DNA of 64,000 nucleotides from an uncultured Enterobacteriaceae bacterium (GTDB lineage Bacteria; Verrucomicrobiota; Verrucomicrobiia; Opitutales; UBA953): NCBI GenBank assembly GCA_964510855.1, contig CAZEDB010000001.1, positions 12,220 to 76,219 of the forward strand, read 5' to 3'. Shown piece by piece: positions 56,319 to 64,000 of this stretch (position 1 is its first letter; each line of letters starts with the position of its first letter). The notes under the pieces were generated by a model. It saw only the letters and a program-made list of their open reading frames with translations, ran no database searches and was not told where the DNA came from. The position numbers and the translations under genes were made by a program.

Positions 56319-57047
56319 TTAGCGTCTTCCGTCGTACCAAAGGTGACACGTTTTGGGATCTCGGGTACCTCTACCCAAGGAAACCACCATACGTAGGAGG
56401 AGTCGAAGCATCTCCCATGGACTATAAAGGTGAACCTTACGCGAAGACGTTTCGAGGGGATAATCTGAAAGAATAATGAAGGTGCGGTGCTTTTGTTTTC
56501 CCAGGCGCTTCAACCGCCGACTCAAGCCAACCTCTTCACCCGCATAAGCCTCAGTACCAAATCCTCCTACCTCGTGAAAAGCGCTAGCGGAAACCCAAAT
56601 ACACGAACCGGCAGCCCACTTTACTAAGCGACTCCAAGTATTCCAGCAGAAGCCAAGCAGACGCGCTTGCCATGGAGCTTGGTCATCCAGTCGCACTGTG
56701 GCGCCGCCCCCCAGAGCCTTCCCTTGAGTAATCGCGGTTGCGATAGATGAGAACAGCCCAACGCTGGGTGTAGAGTCGGCATCAATAAAAATCAGCCATT
56801 CGCCTTTAGCTGCACGCGCGCCGGTATCACGCGCGCGGCCAATTTGGTTAACGGGCTCAAACACAACGTGTGCACCGCCCTCACGAGCTAGCAAGGCCGT
56901 GCGATCTGAGGAATTATTATCGCAGACCACTATTTCCCAATCCCAACCGCGACCCGAGAAGGCTTCGCAGGCCTTTCTCACACTTTCGAGCGTCGCCGGC
57001 AAGAGGCGCTCTTCGTTGTAAGCGGGTATAACGATGCTGATTTTCAC
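56319..57047 (-). CDS. GT2-family glycosyltransferase
   Basis: KISIVIPAYNEERLL, VCDNNSSDRT and FIDADS. Confidence 0.8.
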   Translation of the reverse strand: MKISIVIPAYNEERLLPATLESVRKACEAFSGRGWDWEIVVCDNNSSDRTALLAREGGAHVVFEPVNQIGRARDTGARAAKGEWLIFIDADSTPSVGLFSSIATAITQGKALGGGATVRLDDQAPWQARLLGFCWNTWSRLVKWAAGSCIWVSASAFHEVGGFGTEAYAGEEVGLSRRLKRLGKQKHRTFIILSDYPLETSSRKVHLYSPWEMLRLLLRMVVSLGRGTRDPKTCHLWYDGRR

Positions 57048-58009
57048 GCGGCGCTAAATTCCTCAAAGGCGCAAGCGGCACCCCCTACCACACCAACATC
57101 GCCACCGAGAGCAGCAGGAACAATATCACAGGCGGCAGCGAGTCTCGGGAATGCAAGTTGGAGTGCGCGTTGACGCACAGGAGCCAGAAATTTTTCGCCG
57201 ACCGAGGCCACACCCCCGCCGACCACAATGCGCTCAGGGTTAAAGGTATTGATGATTACCGCAAAGCCTCTTCCTAGATATTCAATTTCATTGGCCAGTA
57301 ATTCAGCCGCCAAGGAGTCGCCTGCCTCAGCCGCAGCAAAAATGTGGCGCGCATTAATCTTATCAGGTGAACCTGCTAAATGGGAAAGCGTGGAAGTGCG
57401 CCCTTGGGCAAGCGCCTCACGCGCTAAGCGCGCCCATGCAGTGCCGGAAGCAAACATTTCAAAGCAACCGTTGGCACCACAAGGACAAGCGGGTCCATGG
57501 TAATCAAGGATGAGGTGGCCCAATTCAGCCGCATTACCATTAGCCCCACGCATTAGGCGATTATCTACAATCACGCCGCCGCCAATACCCGTGGAGATGG
57601 TAACATAAACCAAGTGACGCTTGCCAACACCTGCACCAAAACGATGTTCCCCGAGCGCTGCAGCATTGGCATCATTATCAATACGAGCACGGAGACCGAA
57701 AGCATCGCCCAAGGTTCGGGCGATGGGGTAATCCGACCAGCCAGGTAAATTAGGTGACCCCACCACACAGCCCTTCGCTTGATCGAGTGGACCAGGCGAT
57801 GCAATGCCCACGCCGAGTAACTGATTGGGCTTAATATTAAGTTTTCCGAGCAAAGCTTGGGCACCTGTGATAGCACGCTGACAAGCTTGGGCGGGGCCTT
57901 CTTGGGCGAGGGTATCGACCTTATCAGACGCCAGTACAACACCGTCCTCGCGTACAACCCCATAGGCAAACTTGGTTCCGCCGAGATCAAAGCCGAGGAC
58001 GTGTCGCAT
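57044..58009 (-). CDS. ROK-family sugar kinase (glucokinase-like)
   Basis: LGFDLGGTKFAYG, the ROK signature, and the zinc motif CPCGANGCFE. Confidence 0.88.
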   Translation of the reverse strand: MRHVLGFDLGGTKFAYGVVREDGVVLASDKVDTLAQEGPAQACQRAITGAQALLGKLNIKPNQLLGVGIASPGPLDQAKGCVVGSPNLPGWSDYPIARTLGDAFGLRARIDNDANAAALGEHRFGAGVGKRHLVYVTISTGIGGGVIVDNRLMRGANGNAAELGHLILDYHGPACPCGANGCFEMFASGTAWARLAREALAQGRTSTLSHLAGSPDKINARHIFAAAEAGDSLAAELLANEIEYLGRGFAVIINTFNPERIVVGGGVASVGEKFLAPVRQRALQLAFPRLAAACDIVPAALGGDVGVVGGAACAFEEFSAA

Positions 58010-58013
58010 AAGG

Positions 58014-58137
58014 GGGATTAGAGATTAGGGATAAGAGATTAGAGATAAGGGATATGAGATTAGGGATATGGGATATGGGATAAGGGATTAGAGATTAGGG
58101 ATTGGGGAGACGAGAGCAGAGATTGGGATTAGGGAGT
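58014..58137. repeat. Heptanucleotide tandem repeat, consensus G(G/A)GAT(T/A)(A/T), about 16 units
   Basis: Hand-parsed units from 58014: GGGATTA GAGATTA GGGATAA GAGATTA GAGATAA GGGATAT GAGATTA GGGATAT GGGATAT GGGATAA GGGATTA GAGATTA GGGATTG GGGAGAC GAGAGCA GAGATTG. The array begins 4 nt upstream of the ROK start codon. Confidence 0.85.
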
Positions 58138-58224
58138 CGGCGAGGCTTCCCTGTGTGATGCCCTACGCCCGATATCCGCTAACTTTAGCGGCGATCCCTT
58201 ATCTCTTATCCAAGATCTCAAAAC

Positions 58225-58629
58225 TTAGACGTCGCGCGCGGGGCGGGCGTAGTCGTCTTGCAGACGAACAACGTCAGTCAGGTCAGGCGTCGAGACCTCG
58301 AGCAACACACTGTCGACCACCGCTTCAAAGCGATGGATGGTGCGCACGGGAATATGGATGACCTGACCAGGCTTCCAGTCGTGGACGTGCTCCTTGCCAA
58401 CTGGGGCAGTGTCGTGGGTCTCACCCGCGGCGAGCGGACGGAAGGTAAGCTTCACGTGGCCACTAAGCAGATAAAGGGTCTCGGTTTTGCGCTCGTGGTA
58501 CTGGAGACTGAGGCGCTTCCCGGCCTTCACTTCGAGGATTTTGCCCGCGTAGGCCTTCTGGTCGGCGTACCAGAGCTCGCGGCCCCAGGGCTTTTCTACA
58601 ATTTTAGGCTGTGTGCAAGGAGTAGTCAT
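58225..58629 (-). CDS. Cupin-domain protein (type II phosphomannose isomerase-like)
   Basis: KPWGRELWYA and SLQYHERKTETLYLLSG (cupin motif 1). Confidence 0.75.
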   Translation of the reverse strand: MTTPCTQPKIVEKPWGRELWYADQKAYAGKILEVKAGKRLSLQYHERKTETLYLLSGHVKLTFRPLAAGETHDTAPVGKEHVHDWKPGQVIHIPVRTIHRFEAVVDSVLLEVSTPDLTDVVRLQDDYARPARDV

Positions 58630-58669
58630 AGATGCGATTTAAGGGATGAACCTAGGGTAGTAAAGAGAC

Positions 58670-59377
58670 TCAACCTAAGAGGTCGCCAAGAAAATCACCT
58701 TGGCGCGAGGCAGAAGCAACAGATGCAAGTAACCTAGGATGGTCAGATAACACCCGGTTAACTTCTGCACCCACGCGCCGCACCCCTAAAAGCCCATCTG
58801 GGGCGGGAGCGGTCAGTTGCTTAAGTTGGGCCGATGCCAAGGGGCGCTCTGCTAGCCATAGCGGCCAATGCTCAGAAGTTAAGACCACCGGCATGCGGTT
58901 ATGGATAGGGGACATGTCGCGATTAGGAGTGGTCGTAATAAGACAGACACTCACCTCACGGACGCCGTTAGGATTTAAAAAAGGTGACCATAGCCCAGCT
59001 ATAGCGAGGGGACCTGCCTGACTTCTTTCAAAATAGAAAGGGAGTGCGAGTTTTCCCTCTCGGCGCCATTCGTAAAAACCATCGATAGGTATTAGGCAAC
59101 GACGACTACGTGTCGCGTCTCGAAACGAGGGCAATTGTTCGAGTGTCTCTGACCGGGCATTGATTGGGCCCGCCGCTTGGGGTTTATCAGAAATATTTAC
59201 TGAAGCCCTAAAGCCCCAACGTAAAGGCTCACAGCGTAGTGCACCATCAACCTGACGTACCGTTATCAGCGGCTGGGTCGGGGCTAAATTATAACGCGGT
59301 GGCGATAAAGGTACACTTAAGCCTAACTGCTGAGGTATTTCAGCAAAACGGTCGAACTGAGTTACCCGACCACACAC
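58670..59377 (-). CDS. SOS response-associated peptidase (SRAP/YedK-type abasic-site processing protein)
   Basis: N-terminal MCGR with the catalytic Cys2, PIDGFYEW, and NRMPVVL. Confidence 0.88.
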   Translation of the reverse strand: MCGRVTQFDRFAEIPQQLGLSVPLSPPRYNLAPTQPLITVRQVDGALRCEPLRWGFRASVNISDKPQAAGPINARSETLEQLPSFRDATRSRRCLIPIDGFYEWRREGKLALPFYFERSQAGPLAIAGLWSPFLNPNGVREVSVCLITTTPNRDMSPIHNRMPVVLTSEHWPLWLAERPLASAQLKQLTAPAPDGLLGVRRVGAEVNRVLSDHPRLLASVASASRQGDFLGDLLG

Positions 59378-59380
59378 GGC

Positions 59381-59578
59381 CTACCAATGAGGGGGACGTT
59401 CATCCGCAGGCGAGCCAGCTGCGTTATCACCTTCGCTTGAGGGTTTAGTTTCTAAGCGTTCAAGACGTTGACGGAGACGCTCTAACTCACGGGTTAAATC
59501 AAGCATCGCGCGGTCTTGTTGTTCAACATGGCGCTGAAGATGGGCAAGTTGCTCCTCGAGCTTTTGTGCGGAGTCCAT
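59381..59578 (-). CDS. slyX: SlyX-family coiled-coil protein
   Basis: 65 aa, with LEEQLAHLQRHVEQQDRAMLDL..ELERLRQRLERLE. Confidence 0.65.
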   Translation of the reverse strand: MDSAQKLEEQLAHLQRHVEQQDRAMLDLTRELERLRQRLERLETKPSSEGDNAAGSPADERPPHW

Positions 59579-59579
59579 C

Positions 59580-60764
59580 TTAAGGCATCAACTCTCGCTT
59601 GGCTTGAGCAAACGCTGCGAGACCCTTATCGAGATCTTCCCGAGTTAACGCAGCGTTCATTTGGGTGCGGATGCGGGCCTTATCCTTGGGCACCACGGGG
59701 TAGAAGAAGCCGACGGCGTAGACGCCGAGCTCGAGCAGGCGCGCAGCGAACTTCTGGGCGAGGACAGCGTCTCCAAGCATGACCGGCACAATAGGATGCT
59801 CGCCGGGCTGGAGCGTGAAGCCGAGCTCGGTCAGGCCTTTGCGCCAATAGGCGGCGTTGTCCATCAGGCGGTCACGCAACGCCGTCGACTCTGAAAGCAT
59901 GCGAATTACCTCAAGCGCCCCAGCAACAAGGGGGGGCGGGAGTGAATTAGAAAAAAGATAAGGACGGGAATGTTGGCGTAGAACTTCAATGAGTTCTTTT
60001 TTGCCCGAAGTATAACCCCCTGAAGCGCCACCCAGCGCCTTACCGAGAGTGCCGGTGATGATATCAACGCGACCCATGCAATGCGCGTGCTCATGCGTGC
60101 CGCGACCCTGCTTACCGAGGAAGCCAACCGCATGGGAGTCGTCCATCATGACGATGGCGCGGTGCTTCTCGGCGAGGTCGCAGATCTGTTTCATCGGCGC
60201 GATAAAACCATCCATCGAGAAGACGCCATCGGTGGCAATCATGCGCAGGCGGGCGCCCTTGGCTTCAATCAACTTGGCCTCGAGGTCGGCGAGGTCATTA
60301 GTGGTATAGCGGAAACGCTGAGCCTTACAGAGACGGACGCCGTCAATGATTGAAGCGTGATTAAGCGCGTCAGAGATAATAGCGTCCTCGGGGCCGAGCA
60401 CGGTCTCAAAGAGACCACCGTTGGCATCCCAGCAAGAGGAGTAGAGAATAGTGTCCTCCGTGCCAAGGAAGGCGCTGATAGCTACCTCGAGTTCACGGTG
60501 CAGGGACTGGGTGCCGCAGATAAAGCGGACCGAAGCCATACCGTAGCCCCATTGCTCAAGCGCCTTGGCCGCAGCAGCTTTGACCCGGGGGTCAGCGGCA
60601 AGACCGAGATAATTATTAGCGCAAAGGTTGATAACGGTACGTCCGTCCTTGAGCGTAACCCGTGCACCTTGGGCACCCGCAATGAGGCGCTCTTGCTTGA
60701 AGAGCCCGGCATTGCGGATATCTGCAAGCTTAGCGTCGAGCAGGGGCTTAAGGTCGTCGTACAT
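59580..60764 (-). CDS. kbl: Glycine C-acetyltransferase (2-amino-3-ketobutyrate CoA ligase)
   Basis: The start is set at [10 protein letters not shown]... (ATG at 60764). Motifs NNYLGL, DDSHAVG and TLGKALGG. Downstream of tdh. Confidence 0.93.
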   Translation of the reverse strand: MYDDLKPLLDAKLADIRNAGLFKQERLIAGAQGARVTLKDGRTVINLCANNYLGLAADPRVKAAAAKALEQWGYGMASVRFICGTQSLHRELEVAISAFLGTEDTILYSSCWDANGGLFETVLGPEDAIISDALNHASIIDGVRLCKAQRFRYTTNDLADLEAKLIEAKGARLRMIATDGVFSMDGFIAPMKQICDLAEKHRAIVMMDDSHAVGFLGKQGRGTHEHAHCMGRVDIITGTLGKALGGASGGYTSGKKELIEVLRQHSRPYLFSNSLPPPLVAGALEVIRMLSESTALRDRLMDNAAYWRKGLTELGFTLQPGEHPIVPVMLGDAVLAQKFAARLLELGVYAVGFFYPVVPKDKARIRTQMNAALTREDLDKGLAAFAQAKRELMP

Positions 60765-60771
60765 GGGTGAA

Positions 60772-61803
60772 TTAAATTTTGGACCAATCCAGAACCACTT
60801 TACCTGATTGTCCGGAGAGCATGGCGGCAAAACCTTGCTCGAAATCCTTGTAAGGTAAGCGGTGAGTAATGACTGGGGTGATGTCCATCCCCGACTGCAC
60901 CAGCGCGATCATCTTATACCAAGTCTCATACATCTCGCGACCGTAGATGCCCTTGAGATGGAGGCCTTTGAAAATAACTTTATTCCAATCGATGGCGGCA
61001 GTGCCTGGAATAATGCCCAAGAGGGCGATGCGTCCTCCACAAGCCATATTGTCGAGGATGGTATCCAAGGCGCGGGCATTGCCCGACATCTCCATCGCAA
61101 CATCAAAGCCCTCGGTCATGCCGAGTTCTTTTTGTACCTGACGGAGATCTTTTTTAGAAATATCGACTGCCGCTGTTGGGCCAAGTTTGCGCGCGAGTTC
61201 CAGACGCCAAGGATTAACGTCCGTAATAACAATTTTTCGGGCTCCTGCCGCCTTAGCAATGGCGATGGCCATGATACCGATAGGGCCAGCACCGGTGATT
61301 AACACGTCCTCGCCCACGAGATCAAAGGAAAGCGCGGTGTGTACGGCATTACCCAAGGGATCAAAAACCGCAGCGACATCATCGGAAATATCATCGGGTA
61401 TCGAAACGACATTCTCGGCGGGGATCGCAAGCAGCTCAGCGAAGGCACCCGCACGATTAACGCCAACACCTTGAGTATTGGGACAGAGGTGGCGACGACC
61501 AGCGCGACAGTTACGGCAGGTACCACAAACAATATGGCCTTCACCTGAGACGCGCTGCCCAACCTTAAGGTGACGCACATCGGCTCCTATTTTTTCAATC
61601 ACCCCGAGATACTCGTGGCCAACATTCATCCCAACGGGAATGGTCTTCGCTGCCCAATCATCCCATTTCCAAATATGGACATCCGTGCCACAGATGGAGG
61701 TGCGCTTGATGCGGATGAGTACATCGCGGGGTCCGAAAGCTGGCTCAGGTATATCCATAAGCCAGAGACCTTCTTTAGCTTCCTTCTTAACAAGAGCTTT
61801 CAT
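60772..61803 (-). CDS. tdh: L-threonine 3-dehydrogenase
   Basis: Nearly collinear with E. coli Tdh ([41 protein letters not shown]). Confidence 0.95.
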   Translation of the reverse strand: MKALVKKEAKEGLWLMDIPEPAFGPRDVLIRIKRTSICGTDVHIWKWDDWAAKTIPVGMNVGHEYLGVIEKIGADVRHLKVGQRVSGEGHIVCGTCRNCRAGRRHLCPNTQGVGVNRAGAFAELLAIPAENVVSIPDDISDDVAAVFDPLGNAVHTALSFDLVGEDVLITGAGPIGIMAIAIAKAAGARKIVITDVNPWRLELARKLGPTAAVDISKKDLRQVQKELGMTEGFDVAMEMSGNARALDTILDNMACGGRIALLGIIPGTAAIDWNKVIFKGLHLKGIYGREMYETWYKMIALVQSGMDITPVITHRLPYKDFEQGFAAMLSGQSGKVVLDWSKI

Positions 61804-61821
61804 AGCGTTGCTTGATAAGGG

Positions 61822-64000
61822 TTAGGTAGACGGACGAATAAGTCCAGCGTCCTCCCAAATAGCGCGAACCCGGGGGTAGTGAGGGTCGGGCAGAAGATTG
61901 CCGTGGCGGTGGCGCGTTACACTCAAGGCTTGTTCGAGATAATAAGGGGCAAACTCAAGTGCAGGGCACCGAGTTACTGGGCCCTCAAAAAGGGTTGCCC
62001 CGCGAATACGTGCAGCCTCGCGGAGGGAAGCCCCAACTGAGCCCACCACGCGCACGCGTGAGCCCTCCGATAAGAACTCAGCGAACTCAAGGTCGTCTTG
62101 GACTTCACAAAAAGCCGCTACTTTTGCCGCAGCCTCAATTAAGTAAGGGTCATGAGCACGATCGATGCTAACCACCCAAACGTGCTTCATAGCAAGAACC
62201 ACCTTAAGCGCGCGGCGACATTCAGCATTGTCGGCCCCGGCGGCTAAACGCAGCACAATCCGGCGAGGGTTGTCGGCGTCGCCAGCAGGGACACGGCGGG
62301 TAACGTTTGACTCGGCCGCCAACGCCGAAACATCAATGGGCTTGATAAAGTGAGGAAGACTGAGGGCGAAGTGGGCTTTCTCAGGATCTTCACCGTGAAC
62401 GTTGGCATGTGCGGCGCGAGCTTCAGGCGCATGGAGTGAAATAATATCAGCCGACGGATCATCCTCCCAACGACAAAGGGCGGGTACGTAATGAGTTCCT
62501 CCCGCTTTGGCACCTGGACCGTAGGCAGACCTTTTCCAGCCACCAAAGGGCTGGCGTTGCACGATGGCTCCAGTGATGGGGCGGTTAACATAAGCATTAC
62601 CGACCTGAACTCGCTGAATCCAGTAGGCAATTTCTTCTGCGTCCAAGGAATGAAGGCCCCCGGTAAGACCGAGGTGGGATTGATTCGCAATCGTAAGTGC
62701 GTGCTCAAGATTGCGGGCTTTAACCACGCCCAAGACGGGTCCAAAGCATTCGGCACTGAAAAACCAGCTCTCGGTTGTGACACCCAAACGAATACCTGGA
62801 GACCAAAGATTGGGGTTGGTACCGTCTTGTGCTGGCTTCAGTAGCCAGGTTTCGCCCGCATCAAGCTGAGTTAACCCACGCTGCAAGATAGCCTCGGGCG
62901 TACGAATCAATGGAGGAATGCTGGTAGCGAGATCCCAAGCTGAACCGAGACGTAAGGATGCTGCTGCGTCGCGGAGTTGTCGGAGAAAATTCTTATCATC
63001 TCCCAACTCACCCACGAGAATAAGGAGGGAACAGGCGGAACATTTTTGTCCGGCATGTCCAAAGGCCGACTTTACCACATCCTTAATCGCCGCATCACGA
63101 TCTGCCGCGGGCGTAACAATTAAAGCATTCTTGCCGCTGGTTTCAGCGAGGAGTCGAAGCTCGGGGCGCCAAGAAAGGAAAAGATCGGCGGTAGATGAGG
63201 CACCCGTAAGAATAACGGTAGCGACGCGTTTATCCTCAATGAGCTGTCGCCCTACTTCGTTATCGGGGGCAGGGACAAATTGTAGAAGTTCCTTAGGAAT
63301 TCCTGCTTCCCACATAACCTCACAAACCAGTCGGCCGCAGTACACCGCTTCGGGCGCAGGCTTAAGAATAACCGCATTACCTGCGCGTAAGGCAGCAGCA
63401 ACACCGCCCAGCGGGATGGCAAAGGGGAAGTTCCATGGTGGTGTAACCGTAACCACACCTAAGGGCTTAGGTAAGGCTCCTGACCACTTTGCCTTATCAT
63501 CAAAGGCGCGCGCATAGTACTCGGCAAAATCAACCGCTTCGGAAAGCTCACCATCGGCCTCAGCAACGGTTTTGCCGCCATCAAGTACCATAGCAGCGAT
63601 GATTTCACCTCGGCGTCGTTCTAAAACCTGAGCGGCCTTAAGCAGCGTTGCCCTTAAAGTATCACTGGAGAGTTGGCCGACCGCTTGGTGGGCACAGGCT
63701 AAAGCGGCAGCGACATCCTTAGCATCCGCTACCGCATAGGTGTAAGCAACAAGGCCGGGGCGCGAAGGGTCGCGACCTTCACCGGTCAAAGGCTTGGTAC
63801 TTTCTTGTCCACCCACCGAAAACGGAATCTTTAACTCACGTACACGTAACAACTCTAAGTGATAGGCAATCCACTGACGATTGTGAGGTGCCGTCCAATC
63901 AGTATCGGCTGCATTATGAAAAGTCGCGGCTGGGGTGGCCGGGCTTAACTCGGTGCGGGTTTGTTGACGGCGCGGACCAACCGCAACCGTGGCAGCAGCA
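61822..64000 (-). CDS. putA: PutA-like aldehyde dehydrogenase (L-glutamate gamma-semialdehyde dehydrogenase), 5' end beyond the window
   Basis: ALDH core with the catalytic GQKCSACS. By hand translation the frame stays open from 63853 to 64000 (...FHNAADTDWTAPHNRQW...). About 200 aa of C-terminal extension follow the core. Confidence 0.8.
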   Translation of the reverse strand, partial: AAATVAVGPRRQQTRTELSPATPAATFHNAADTDWTAPHNRQWIAYHLELLRVRELKIPFSVGGQESTKPLTGEGRDPSRPGLVAYTYAVADAKDVAAALACAHQAVGQLSSDTLRATLLKAAQVLERRRGEIIAAMVLDGGKTVAEADGELSEAVDFAEYYARAFDDKAKWSGALPKPLGVVTVTPPWNFPFAIPLGGVAAALRAGNAVILKPAPEAVYCGRLVCEVMWEAGIPKELLQFVPAPDNEVGRQLIEDKRVATVILTGASSTADLFLSWRPELRLLAETSGKNALIVTPAADRDAAIKDVVKSAFGHAGQKCSACSLLILVGELGDDKNFLRQLRDAAASLRLGSAWDLATSIPPLIRTPEAILQRGLTQLDAGETWLLKPAQDGTNPNLWSPGIRLGVTTESWFFSAECFGPVLGVVKARNLEHALTIANQSHLGLTGGLHSLDAEEIAYWIQRVQVGNAYVNRPITGAIVQRQPFGGWKRSAYGPGAKAGGTHYVPALCRWEDDPSADIISLHAPEARAAHANVHGEDPEKAHFALSLPHFIKPIDVSALAAESNVTRRVPAGDADNPRRIVLRLAAGADNAECRRALKVVLAMKHVWVVSIDRAHDPYLIEAAAKVAAFCEVQDDLEFAEFLSEGSRVRVVGSVGASLREAARIRGATLFEGPVTRCPALEFAPYYLEQALSVTRHRHGNLLPDPHYPRVRAIWEDAGLIRPST

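Noticed and set aside
58014-58137. TTAGGG-containing repeats read as telomeric sequence or as a CRISPR array
   Set aside because: The TTAGGG strings result from the heptad consensus GGGATTA repeated in tandem. The unit is 7 nt with no spacers, so it is not a CRISPR array. It lies internally between two bacterial genes, so it is not a chromosome end.
62244-63517. ORFs 62244-62783 (-), 62491-62844 (+) and 62918-63517 (+) inside the putA-like gene
   Set aside because: These are alternative frames or antisense to a long ORF with clear ALDH motifs. Their composition is Ser/Arg/Pro-biased and they carry no motifs.

Overview
This is a 64 kb chromosomal segment from a moderately GC-rich bacterium, densely coding on both strands. 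I recognise about 60 CDS and 2 tRNAs. I saw no rRNA, CRISPR array, transposase, integrase or phage genes. The gene content suggests a PVC-group, Verrucomicrobiota-like organism: two PEP-CTERM proteins, an autotransporter-associated beta-strand-repeat protein, a four-helix-bundle protein and many 4-nt ATGA gene overlaps. That taxonomic call is inference only.

Layout:
- 1-17.7 kb, housekeeping: folP 3' end, tRNA-Thr, a PEGA/coiled-coil lipoprotein, gcvT-gcvH-thiH-rsmE, patB/malY-like lyase, comF, rluA-family, folC, accD, an M20 peptidase, tyrS, dnaE.
- 18.1-33.5 kb, a visibly AT-richer surface-glycan island: a GT10 fucosyltransferase, GT4, several GT2, GT25, two FkbM methyltransferases, a ColD/E1-type sugar 3-dehydratase, a short SDR, a PglC-like phosphoglycosyl transferase, a DegT aminotransferase, a large lipoprotein and a PEP-CTERM protein. 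A tRNA-Gly(CCC) is embedded in the island.
- 33.5-36.1 kb: feoA-feoB plus a small Cys-rich ORF that is below the ORF-track length cutoff, preceded by a Fur-box-like palindrome.
- 36-47 kb: POT transporter, second PEP-CTERM protein, xthA, guaB, menC-menE, kdsA, polX, gmk.
- 47.8-53.7 kb, the most unusual locus: three paralogous single-pass membrane proteins. Each has a strongly conserved N-terminal module (TonB-like S-x3-H transmembrane helix plus a Gly-rich linker) and a divergent PA14-like C-terminal domain. queG-coaC lies between the second and third copies.
- 53.7-64 kb: HNH nuclease, RodZ-like HTH protein, M50 protease, GT2, ROK kinase, a heptanucleotide tandem repeat, a cupin, an SRAP peptidase, slyX, kbl-tdh and a putA-like dehydrogenase that runs off the window.

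All functional calls come from motif recognition in the translated ORFs. No database search was run.
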